Of a DNA stretch of 46,706 nucleotides, positions 24,145 to 35,864 are shown piece after piece (position 1 is the first letter of the stretch; each line of letters starts with the position of its first letter). Source of the DNA: Leucoraja erinacea (Eukaryota). The stretch spans positions 124,001 through 170,706 of the forward strand of contig NW_026576165.1 of NCBI RefSeq assembly GCF_028641065.1. The letters run 5' to 3'. Position numbers and translations under genes: made by a program. The notes under the pieces are model-generated. The model saw nothing but the letters and a program-made list of their open reading frames with translations. It was not told the DNA's origin and did not search any database.

Positions 24145-25372
24145 AATAGACAATAGGTGCAGGAGTAGAGGCCATTCGGCCCTTCGAGCCAGCACTGCCA
24201 TCCACTGTGATCATGGCTGATCATCCCCAATCAGTACCCCGTTCCTGCCTTTTCCCCATATCCCCTGACTCCGCTATCTTTAAGAGCCCTATCTAGCTCT
24301 CTCTTGAAAGTATCCAGAGAACCGGCCTCCACGAGGCAGAGAATTCCACAGACTCACGACTCTCTGGGCGAAAAAGGTTTTTCCTCATCTCCGTTCTAAA
24401 TGCCCGACCCCTTATTCTTAAACTGTGTGTGTGTGTGTGGCCCCTGGTTCTGGACTCCCCCAACATCGGGAACATGTTTCCTGCCTCTAACGTGTCCAAA
24501 CCCTTAATAATTTTATATGTTTCTATAAGATCTCCTCTCATCCTTCTAAACTCCACAGAGTGTACAAGCCCAGCCGCTCCATTCTCTCAGTAAATGATAG
24601 TCCCGCCATCCCGGGAATTAACCTGGTGAACCTACGCTGCACTCCCTCAATAGCAAGAAGGGTCTGAAGAAGGGTCTCGACCAGAAACGTCACCTATTCC
24701 TTCGCTCCATAGATGCTGCCTCACCCGCTGAGTTTCTCCAGCATTTTTGTCTACCCTCAATAGCTAGAATGTCCTTTCTCAAATTAGGAGACCAAAACTG
24801 CACACAATACTCCAGGTATGGTCTCACCACGGCCCTGTACAACTGCAGAAGGACCTCTTTGCTCCTATACTCAACTCCTCTTGTTTTGAAGGCCAACAGG
24901 CCAAAACTGCACGCAATACTCCAGGTGTGGTCTCACCAGGGCCCTGTACAACTGCAGAAGGACCTCCTTGCTCCTATACTCAACTCTTCTTGTTATGAAG
25001 GCCAACAGGCCAAAACTGCACACAATACTCCAGGTGTGGTCTCACCAGGGCCCTGTACAACTGCAGAAGGACCCCTTTGCTCCTGTACTCAACTCCTCTT
25101 GTTTTGAAGGCCAACAGGCCAAAACTGCACACAATACTCCAGGTGTGGTCTCACCAGGGCCCTGTACAACTGCAGAAGGACCTATTTGCTCCTCTTGTTA
25201 TGAAGGCCAACATGCCATTCGCTTTCTCCACTGCCTGCTGTACCTGCATGCTTACTTTCATAGACTGATGAACAAGGACCCCCAGATCCCGTTGTACTTC
25301 CCCCTTTTCCCAACTTGACACCATTTAGATAATAATCTGCCTTCCTGTTTTTGCTACCAAAGTGGATAACCT
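24145..25372 (-). mobile_element. CR1 with an internal 109-bp array (about 24790-25200) and a nested Penelope terminus (about 24657-24755)
   Basis: CR1 ORF pieces; ccctcaatagc repeated on both sides of the insert. Confidence 0.85.
24660..24694 (+). ncRNA. Minimal type I hammerhead-ribozyme motif in a Penelope terminus
   Basis: GGGU-CUGAAGA-A-GGGUCUCGACCA-GAAAC-GUC-ACCU: catalytic boxes, short stem II with one mismatch, palindromic ACGU stem III, GUC triplet, 4-bp stem I. Confidence 0.55.
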
Positions 25373-25427
25373 TGTAACAAGTGGATCATCCCTATATGTT
25401 TCAATTCGTCTCATGATTTTATCCACC

Positions 25428-25850
25428 TCTATATCTATCTATATTTAAAACTGTGTGTGTGTGTTTCTGCCTGTCTTGTGGCTGCCAGCCTTTGAATCAT
25501 TGCCACGCCAACACCAGATGCAGAAACGCCGAGATTTTTTCCATTTCGGTAGAGATTTCACTGTTCATTCCAAGTATCCACTCCTGATTAAATTTCGTCG
25601 TGTTAATTTACACATCTATCTCTATATGTATAAAACTGTGTGTGTGTGTCTGGCTGTGTGGCTGTGTGTGTTTCTGACTTGTGGCTGCCAGCCTTTGATT
25701 CGTTGCCACGCCAACACCAGACGCAGAAAGGCCGAGATTTTTTCCATTTCGTTAGAGATTTCACTTTTCATTCCAAGTATCAACTCCTGATTAAATTTCG
25801 TCCTGTTTGTGTACACATTTCCCCCAACTCGCACATTTTGTCGCCTCCTG
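25428..25850. repeat. Diverged tandem duplication of about 188 bp, possibly the 5' end of a Helitron-like element
   Basis: Both units begin tctat..tatat.t.aaaactgtgtgtg and end ctcctgattaaatttcgtc. Confidence 0.55.
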
Positions 25851-25931
25851 CTGGCCAGCGACCGTAACGGCAATTGGTCTATATATATTAGATTCTACCG
25901 CCAAATTTTATATTCTAAAGTATTCTCTTAC

Positions 25932-25971
25932 CGTAACAGTCCTGAGTCTCGTTGCTTCCTGCAGTGTACAT
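25932..25971 (-). CDS. SIT1-like adaptor, first coding exon (MYTAGSNETQDCY)
   Basis: acaATG start and G|gtaaga donor; phase 1 matches the next exon; NET sequon and Cys fit a short ectodomain. Confidence 0.7.
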
Positions 25972-26609
25972 TGTCTTTCTCTCCCCACTTGTCCTCTCTT
26001 CACCTGGTGACCTCGAGAGAGAGAGAGAGAGAGAGGGAGAGAGGGGGCGGGCTGTTTCCCAGGCTTCACGAGCTAAACTCCACTGGGAATCTGGCTATTC
26101 CATGGTGGGGCTTCTCCCATTCCCCGCTCAGTCGGAACACCTGGGATAGCTTTGTCCTCCAGAAGGAACTCCAGACAAACCTAAATCTTCCGGAGGACAA
26201 GAGGTAGGATCTGTACGTTGGATATTTTCCCTGTGTTATATCAACCACTGTGGAAACAATAGGCAATAGACAATAGGTGCAGGAGTAGAGGCCATTCGGC
26301 CCTTCGAGCCAGCACCGCCATTCACTGTGATCACGGCTGATCATCCACAATCAGTACCCCGTTCCTGCCTTCTCCCCTGACTCCGCTATCTTTAAGAGCT
26401 CTCTCTTGAAAGCATCCAGAGAACCGGCCTCTGAGGCAGAGAATTCCGCAGACTCACAACTCTATCTGGGTGAAGGTAGACAAAAATGCTGGAGAAACTC
26501 AGCGGGTGAGGCAGTGTCTACGGAGCCAAGGGATGGGTGACGTTCTTCTGAAGAAGTCTCTCGACCCGAAACGTCACCCATTCCTTCGCTCCATAGATGC
26601 TGCCTCAGT

Positions 26610-28985
26610 AGGGAGTAGAGGAAGGAGGGGAGAAGGGGAGACGAGAGCAGGAATGAGAGGGGAGGAGAGGAGAGTAGAGAGGAGTGGAGGAGAGGAGAGA
26701 CGAGGAGAGGGGAGGCGGAGGAGGAGAGAGGAGAGCAGGAATGAGAGGGGAGGAGAGGAGAGTAGAGAGGAGTGGGAGGGAGGAGGAGGGGAGGAGGAGA
26801 GAGGAGGAGAGGGAGAGGCGGAGGAGGAGGAGAGGAGGGAGAGCAGGAAGGAGAGGGGAGAGAGAGAGGAGAGAGGAGAGAGGAGTGGAGGGGAGGGGGG
26901 AGGAGAGGAGAGAGAGGAGGTGGAGGAGGAGGAGAGGAGAGAGAGGAGGAATGAGAGGGGGGAGAGAGAGGAGAGGAGAGTAGAGAGGAGTGGAGGAGAG
27001 GAGAGGGGAGGAGAGAAGAGGAAAGGGGAGGCGGAGGAGGAGAGAGGAGAGCAGGAATGAGAGGGGAGGAGAAGAGAGTAGAGAGGAGAGGAGGAGAGGA
27101 GAGGAGGAGAGGAGGGAGAGGAGAGGAGGGAGAGGGGGCGGAGAGAGAGNNNNNNNNNNNNNNNNNNNNNNNNNNNNNNNNNNNNNNNNNNNNNNNNNNN
27201 NNNNNNNNNNNNNNNNNNNNNNNNNNNNNNNNNNNNNNNNNNNNNNNNNNNNNNNNNNNNNNNNNNNNNNNNNNNNNNNNNNNNNNNNNNNNNNNNNNNN
27301 NNNNNNNNNNNNNNNNNNNNNNNNNNNNNNNNNNNNNNNNNNNNNNNNNNNNNNNNNNNNNNNNNNNAGGGGGAGGAGAGGAGAGAGAGGAGAGAGAGGA
27401 GAGAGAGGGAGGGGAGAGGAGGGGAGAGAGTGAGGGGNNNNNNNNNNNNNNNNNNNNNNNNNNNNNNNNNNNNNNNNNNNNNNNNNNNNNNNNNNNNNNN
27501 NNNNNNNNNNNNNNNNNNNNNNNNNNNNNNNNNNNNNNNNNNNNNNNNNNNNNNNNNNNNNNNNNNNNNNNNNNNNNNNNNNNGAGAGGAGANNNNNNNN
27601 NNNNNNNNNNNNNNNNNNNNNNNNNNNNNNNNNNNNNNNNNNNNNNNNNNNNNNNNNNNNNNNNNNNNNNNNNNNNNNNNNNNNNNNNNNNNNNNNNNNN
27701 NNNNNNNNNNNNNNNNNNNNNNNNNNNNNNNNNNNNNNNNNNNNNNAGAGGAGAGGAGAGAGAAGAGAGAGGAGAGATGGGAGAGAGGAGAGAGAGGAGA
27801 GAGGGGAGGAGAGGAGAGAGTGAGAGGGAGTGTGAGAGAGGGGGAAGAGAGATATAGAGAAACAATGACGGGGAGNNNNNNNNNNNNNNNNNNNNNNNNN
27901 NNNNNNNNNNNNNNNNNNNNNNNNNNNNNNNNNNNNNNNNNNNNNNNNNNNNNNNNNNNNNNNNNNNNNNNNNNNNNNNNNNNNNNNNNNNNNNNNNNNN
28001 NNNNNNNNNNNNNNNNNNNNNNNNNNNNNNNNNNNNNNNGGGGAGGGGAGGGAGAGAGGGAGGAGGAGAAGGGGACGGGAGGAATGAGAGGGGAGGAGAG
28101 GAGAGAGGAGAGAGAGGAGAGAGAGGAGAGAGGGAGGAGAGGAGAGGAGAGGAGGAGAGGGAGAGGGAGGGGGGGAGGAGAGAGAGTGGGGAGAAGGGGG
28201 GGAGAGGGAGGGGGGGGGAGAGGGAGAGAGGAGTGTGAGAGAGGGGGAAGAGAGATAGAGAGAAACAATGGCGGAGAGGGAGGGANNNNNNNNNNNNNNN
28301 NNNNNNNNNNNNNNNNNNNNNNNNNNNNNNNNNNNNNNNNNNNNNNNNNNNNNNNNNNNNNNNNNNNNNNNNNNNNNNNNNNNNNNNNNNNNNNNNNNNN
28401 NNNNNNNNNNNNNAAAACGTCACCCATTTCTTCTCTCGAGAGTGTCAAAAATTCATAGTTGACTTATTTTATCTCTAGAGGAGGAGAGGAGGAAGAGAGG
28501 AGAGAGAGAGAGGGGAGGAGAGGAGTAGAGGAGAGGGGAGGAGAAGAGAGAGAGGAGGGAGGGGGGGAGGAGGAGGGAGAGAGGAGAGCAGGAATGAGAG
28601 GGGAGGAGGAGAGANNNNNNNNNNNNNNNNNNNNNNNNNNNNNNNNNNNNNNNNNNNNNNNNNNNNNNNNNNNNNNNNNNNNNNNNNNNNNNNNNNNNNN
28701 NNNNNNNNNNNNNNNNNNNNNNNNNNNNNNNNNNNNNNNNNNNNNNNNNNNNNNNNNNNNTAGAGGAGAGAAGGGAGGAGGGAGAGGAGAGGAGGGGGAG
28801 AGGATGGTAGAGGGGAGGGGGAGAGGAGGATGGAGAGAGGAGAGGGGAGAGAGAGAGTGAGAGGAGAGAGGGGAGAGGGGAGGGGAGAGAGAGGAGAGAG
28901 AGAGAGGGGAGGGGAGGAGGAGGGGAGGCGAGGAGGGGAGAGGGAGGGAGGTGGGAAGAGAGGAGTGAGAGGGAGAGGAGAGGGG
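26610..28985. repeat. GA-rich polypurine tract with six N gaps
   Basis: GAGAG/GGAGA units; N runs between 27150 and 28760. Confidence 0.95.
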
Positions 28986-29419
28986 AAGCAACTCTACCGC
29001 TGTGCCCCCGGTAATTTGGAAAGCCACCACCCCTCTCGCGACCACTCACTCACGAAGTTGCCGGCGATCGACCGGAGATATTAGCAGATTAGAGAGGGAA
29101 TCCCTGTCTGAAGAAGGGTCTCGACCCGAAAAAACGTCACCCATTCCAGTCCACCCTACACCACCCAGCCTCACCCCCCCCCCCAACCCCCCCCCCCCCC
29201 CCCTCCGAGATGCCCGGGGTCATGGCCCGAGATCCTACCTCAATATCTTCCAAAATGCTCGCTGCAGCTGCAAGGGCGGAGGGCAAGCAGCAAAGACAAC
29301 GCAGCTTCCTGAGCAGAGACGAGAGCTTCACCACAAAGCTCTCTGCACAGAGAAAAAAATAATCGTAAGAGTATTGTGTTGAGTTTTGGGCACCGTGTTG
29401 TAGGGAAGATGCCTTCGCG

Positions 29420-29791
29420 CTTGCAGTTTTGGCCTGTTGGCCTTCATAACAAGAGGAGTTGAGTACAGGAGCAAAGAGGTCCTTCTGCAGTTGTACAGGG
29501 CCCTGGTGAGACCACACCTGGAGTATTGTGTGCAGTTTTGGTCCCCTAATTTGAGGAAGGACATTCTTGCTATTGAGGGAGCCCAGCGTAGGTTCACCAG
29601 GTTAATTCCCGGGATGGCGGGACTGTCATATACTGAGAGAATGTGGAGCGGCTGGGCTTGTACACTCTGTGGAGTTTAGAAGGATGAGAGGGTATCTCAT
29701 TGAAACATATATGAGATTATTAAGGGTTTGGACACGCTAGAGGCAGGAAACATGTTCCCGATGTTCGGGGAGTCCAGAACCAGGGGACGGA

Positions 29792-29847
<56 letters not shown>

Positions 29848-30481
29848 CACACACACGCGGTCGGCCATTTAGAACGGAGACGAGGAAACGCTTTTTCTCA
29901 CAGTGAGAGTTGTGAGTCTGTGGAATTCTCTGCCTCAGAGGGCGGTTCTCTGGATGCTTTCAAGAGAGGCTCTTAAAGATAGCGGAGTCAGGGGATATGG
30001 GGAGAAGGCAGGAACGGGGGGGGGGAGGTACTGATTGGGGATGATCAGCCGTGATCACATTGAATGGCGGTGCTGGCTCGAAGGGCCGAATGGCCTCTAC
30101 TCCTGCACCTATTGTCTATTGTTGTATGTGATGCAGTCAAGCTTGAAAGGGCTCAGAGAAGGTTTACGAGGATGTTGCCAGGACTAGAGGGTGTGAAACC
30201 ATAGACAACAGGTGCAGGAGTAGAGGCCATTCAGCCCCTCGAGCCAGCACCGCCATTCAATGTGATCACGGCTGATCATCCCCAATCAGTACCCCGTTCC
30301 TGCCTTCTCCCCATATCCCCTGACTCCGCTATCTTTAAGAGCCCTATCTAACTCTCTCTTGAAAGCATCCAGAGAACCGGCCTCCACCGCCCTCTGAGGC
30401 AGAGAATTCCACAGACTCACAACTCTCTGTGAGAAAAAGTGTTTCCTCATCTCCGTTCTAAATGGCCGACCCCTTATTCTT

Positions 30482-30526
<45 letters not shown>

Positions 30527-31220
30527 CCCTTGGTTCTGGACTCCCCCAACATCGGGAAAATGTTTCCTGCCTCTAGCGTGTCCAAACCCTTAATAATCTT
30601 ACATATGTTTCAATGAGATATCCTCTCATTATTCCAAGAGTTAGTGTACAAGCCCAGCCGCTCCACATTCTCTCAGGATATGACAGTCCCGCCATCCCGG
30701 GAATTAACCTGGTGAACCTACGCTGGGCTCCCTCAATAGCAAGAATGTCCTTCCTCAAATTAAGGGACCAAAACTGCACACAATACTCCAGGTGTGGTCT
30801 CTGTACAACTAGGGCCCTGTACAACTGCAGAAGGACCTCTTTGCTCCTATACTCAACTCTTCTTGTTATGAAGGCCAACAGGCCAAAACTGCACACAATA
30901 CTCCAGGTGTGGTCTCACCAGGGCCCTGTACAACTGCAGAAGGACCTATTTGGTCCTATACTCAACTCTTCTTGTTATGAAGGCCAACAGGCCAAAACTG
31001 CACACAATACTCCAGGTGTGGTCTCACCAGGGCTCTGTACAACTGCAGAAGGACCTCTTTGCTCCTATACTCAACTCTTCTTGTTATGAAGGCCAACAGG
31101 CCAAAACTGCACACAATACTCCAGGTGTGGTCTCACCAGGGCCCTGTACAACTGCAGAAGGACCTCTTTGCTCCTATACTCAACTCTTCTTGTTATGAAG
31201 GCCAACAGGCCAAAACTGCA
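29420..31220. mobile_element. Convergent CR1 copies (+ at about 29420-30120, - at about 30200-31220); the second has a 109-bp array
   Basis: ORF2 C-terminal pieces, internal (GCAC)n/(CA)n, repeats at about 30770-31220. Confidence 0.85.
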
Positions 31221-31977
31221 TGTTTGGGTGCCCAAGTAGTCTTTCAATAAGATCAGCGCTGTGTCTCTGAACTGAACTCAACTCGAACAAACGGGAGCTC
31301 ATTGAAACATATTGTCGTTGTCTCTGTACTGTACATTGACAATGACAATTAAAATTGAATCTGAATTAAAATTGAATCTGAACATAAGATGGTTAAGGGC
31401 TTGGACTACTGTTTGGTGGATGATCAGCCATGATCACATTGAATGGCGGTGCTGGCTCGAAGTGCCAAATGGCCTCTACTCCTGCACCTATTGTCTAAAA
31501 GAGAGGTTAAATTGGCAAATATATTTTGCAAAACGCGCTTGATCTGAATGAGAGACATTTGCAAAATTGCTGGAGGTGGGGGAACTATCGGAGACAGGAA
31601 ACTGCAGCTGGTGGAATTAATTGAAAGGTCTTTTTGAAAAAGTCACTGAATGCTACAAGGGTAACCACCGCTGTTTGAGTTGTAAATTTAGCAAGCAATC
31701 ATCGTTCTTCTCTGCACCTGGCTGTCTAGAGGGGCCGGAAGGTGGTTTTTAGTCCCAGTGAGGTGTAAAGACTTGTAGAGAGGGTGTGATGCGATTGTTA
31801 AGATCGTATCTCCGGCCCGCTCGGGAGACCGCAAAGCCCACTGTCAGCAGCCACATCTTGGCCGATGTACTGACCACTGCCCTGACATCTCCGACAGCCC
31901 TGGACCTCAATGTTAGAAGAAGCAGAGGAAATCACTGCCGAATCTCTCACAATGACCAATACGGCACACTGACTATA

Positions 31978-32815
31978 TCCTCCCTCCTCCCTCTCCCCCT
32001 CGTTCCCACTCTCCACCCCTCCTCTCCCACCCTCCCTCTCTCCCCCCATCTTTCCCTCTCCACCCCTCCTCTCTCCCCCTCCCTCTCTCCCCCCATCTTT
32101 CCCTCTCCACCCCTCCTCTCTCACCCTCCCTCTCTCCCCCCATCTTTCCCTCTCCACCCCTCCTCTCTCTCCCCTCCCTCTCTCCCCCCATCTCTTCCCT
32201 CTCTCAACCTCCCTCCTCTCTCTCCCCCTCCCTCTCTCCCCCATCCTCTCCCTCTCTCCATCCCTCCTATCTCTCCACCCATCTTTCCCTCTCTCACCCC
32301 TCCCCTCTCTCCCCCCCCCTCCCCTCTCTCCCCCCCCCTCTCTCTCCCCCCATCTTTCCCTCTCTCTCCCCCCCTCCTCTCTCACCCTCCCCTCTCCCCC
32401 CATCTTTCCCTCTCTCCACCCCTCCTCTCTCTCCACCCCCCTCTCTCCCCCCATCCCTCTCTCTCTCCCCCCTCTCTCTTCCCCTCTCTCCCCTCCCTCG
32501 TTCCCCATCTTCCACTCTCTCCAATTTCCTCTCTCCACCCTCTACCCCCTCCCTCTCCTCCCCCCATCTTTCACTCTCTCCACCCCTCCCTCTCTCTCTC
32601 CTCTCCTCTCTCCCCCCATCGTTCCTCTCCCCCATCGTTCCCTCTCTCCAACCCCTCCCTCTCTCCCCCCCCATCCTTCCCTCTCTCCACCCCTCCTCTC
32701 TCACCCCCCTCTCCCTCCCCCATCGTTCCCTCTCTCACCCCCTCCCCCCCATCTCTCCCCACCATCGTTCCCTCTCTCCACCCCTCCTCTCTCACCCTCC
32801 CTCTTTTTTTTATTT
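31978..32815. repeat. CT-rich low-complexity tract with recurring cccccatctttccctctct
   Basis: Direct inspection. Confidence 0.93.
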
Positions 32816-33094
32816 TTTTTCCTTTTCAAAGACTTTATTCAACACATCAAATAATACAACAGATCAAGTCATACACAAAACGAACTTACATTATCTCGTG
32901 TCATTATAGTACAACATTACAATCATTATTCACAATACTCTCAACCCCACGTGGTGACCAGCGCACACGGAATACCTCCAAACTCCCCGTGAACACCGCA
33001 TGTTCCCTCTCCATGGACTCACCCTCCCTCTCTCCCCCCATCTTTCCCTCTCTCCTTTCTCCCCTCCCTCCCCCTCTCCCCCTTTGCCTTTGAG

Positions 33095-35300
33095 AATGGT
33101 GTGTTAGCTTTCATAGCAAAAGGATTTGAGTCTAGGAGCAGGGAGGTTCTACTGCAGTTGTACAGGGTCTTGGTGAGACCACACCTGGAGTATTGCGTAC
33201 AGTTTTGGTCCCCTAATCTGAGGAAAGACATTCTTGCCATAGAGGATTTGAGTCTAGGAGCAGGGAGGTTCTACTGCAGTTGTACAGGGTCTTGGTGAGA
33301 CCACACCTGGAGTATTGCGTACAGTTTTGGTCCCCAAATCTGAGGAAAGACATTCTTGCCATAGAGGATTTGAGTCTAGGAGCAGGGAGGTTCTACTGCA
33401 GTTGTACAGGGTCTTGGTGAGACCACACCTGGAGTATTGCGTACAGTTTTGGTCTCCAAATCTGAGGAAGGACATTATTGTCATAGAGGAAGTGCAGAGA
33501 AGGTTCACCAGACTGATTCCTGGGATGTCAGGACTGTCTTATGAAGAAAGACTGGATAGACTTGGTTTATACTCTCTAGAATTTAGGAGATTGAGGGGGA
33601 ATCTTATAGAAACTTACAACATTCTTAAGGGGTTGGACAGGCTAGATGCAGGAAGATTGCTCCCGATGTTGGGGAAGTCCAGGACAAGGGGTCACAGCTT
33701 AAGGATAAGGGGGACATCCTTTAAAACCGAGACTGAGAAGAACTTTTTTCACACAGAGAGTGGTGAATCTCTGGAACTCTCTGCCACAGAGGGTAGTCGA
33801 GGCCACAGTTCATTGGCTATATTTAAGAGGGAGTTAGATGTGGCCCTTGTGGCTAAGGGGATCAGGGGGTATGGAGAGAAGGCAGGTACGGGATACTGAG
33901 TTGGATGATCTGCAGTGATCATATGAATGGCGTCTGGTGCAGGCTCGAGGGCCGAACCTCTACTCCTGCACCTAATTTCTATGCTATGTTGCCTCTGCCC
34001 TCTCACAGTTCTTCCTCTCCCAATTCCCTGAGGAAGGACACTCTCCTTCTCACTCCCTCCTCTCTCCCATCTCTCCATCTCCACCTCTCCCCCTCCCTCC
34101 TTCCTCTCTCTTGTTCCTGGGATGTCAGGACTTTCATAGGAAGAAAGACTGGATAGACTCGGCTTCTACTCGCTGGAATTTAGAAGATTGAGGGGGAATC
34201 TTATAGAAACTTACAAAAATTCTTAAGGGGTTGGACAGGCTAGATGCAGGAAGATTGTTCCCGATGTTGGGGAAGTCCAGAACAAAAGGTCACAGCTTAA
34301 GGATAAGGGGGAAATCCTTTAAAACCGAGATGAGAAGAACCTTTTTCACACAGAGAGTGGTGAATCTGTGGAACTCTCTGCCACAGAGGGTAGTCGAGGC
34401 CAGTTCATTGGCTATATTTAAGAGGGAGTTAGATGTGGACCTTGTGGCTAAAGGGATCAGGGGGTATGGAGAGAAGGCAGGGACGGGATACTGAGTTGGA
34501 TGATCAGCCGTGATCATATTGAATGGTGGTGTAGGCTCGAAGGGGCCGAATGGCCTACTCCTGCACCTATTTTCTATGTTTCTATGTTCCCGATTTTGGG
34601 GGAGTCCAGAACCAGGGGCCACACGCAGTTTAGGAATAAGGGGGGGTCGGCCATTTAGAACGGAGACGAGGATAAACTTTTCCACCCAGAGAGTTGTGAA
34701 TCTGTGGCCATTTAGGACTGAGATGAGGAGAAACAGTTTCCACCCAGAGACTTGTGAATCTGTGGCCATTCAGGACTGAGATGAGGAGAAACTTTTCCAC
34801 CCAGATAGTTGTGAATCTGTGGCCCTTTAGGACTGAGATGAGGAGGCTAGATGCAGGAAGATTGTTCCCGATGTTGGGGAAGTCCAGAACAAGGGGTCAC
34901 AGTTTAAGGATAAGGGGGAAATCTTTTAGGACCGAGATGAGGAAAACATTTTTTTTCACACACACAGAGAGTGGTGAATCTGTGGAACTCTCTGCCACAG
35001 AAGGTAGTTGAGGCCACACAGTTCATTGGCCATATTTAAGAGGGAGTTAGATGTGGCCCTTGTGGCTAAAGGGATCAGGGGGTATGGAGAGAAGGCAGGG
35101 ATGGGATAGTGAGTTGGATGATCAGCCGTGATCATATTGAATTGCGGTGCAGGCTCGAAGGGGCCGAATGGCCTCTACTCCTGCACCTAATTTCTATGTT
35201 TCTATGTTTCTATGATCAGCCATGATCATATTGAATGGTGGTGCAGGCTCGAAGGGGCCGAATGGCCTCTACTCCTGCACCTATTGTCTATGTTTCTATG
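33095..35300 (+). mobile_element. Tandem CR1 3' fragments including a 122-bp array (33121-33485) and an array of about 58 bp (34645-34845)
   Basis: aggatttgag recurs at 33121, 33243 and 33365; several CR1 tails. Confidence 0.87.
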
Positions 35301-35864
35301 TTTCATTTCACTGCACATCTCGTGACAAATAAACTTGACTTGACTTGTACACTGCACCATTACAATAAAGTTGAAAGTATATTTTTGAAATTAAAAAAAA
35401 AAAACTTCTAAGGAAGTCAATTTTAATCGGAACTGCCACCGAACTTTGCAAATTCGCTCGTCTTTAAGAATAAATGGTGCAGGTGACACGCTGGTTAACA
35501 CATAGGTGGTGGCTGTGAGGAGAGGATGTGCAGACGCTTTTAATATGAAGCCGCTCACACTCTCCGAAAATGCATTTTTCTGCTTCGGGTATTCCGGGCA
35601 ACAGCCGAATGTTTTGAGATCCGGAGACGAGTGGTTTTAATTTCACAGTCGTTTTAATGGCTCACGTCTCTGAAGACATATACGTGGGCTGATTAACAAG
35701 AAGTAAAAATAAAGACATTGGTAATACAGGTGGGGAGAAGTGTTTTAGGGAGAAGGGTCTCGACTTGAAATGTCACCAGTTCCTTCGCTCCATAGAGGCT
35801 GCCTCACCCGCTGAGTTTCTCCAGCATTTTTGTCTACCTTTGATTATTCCAGCATTTGCAGTTA

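Noticed and set aside
26462-29049. 653-aa and 624-aa ORFs
   Set aside because: They span N gaps and purine tracts and are artefacts.
31786-33093. 435-aa Pro/Ser/Leu-rich ORF
   Set aside because: Mostly a pyrimidine tract; no ATG start, splice support or recognisable domain.
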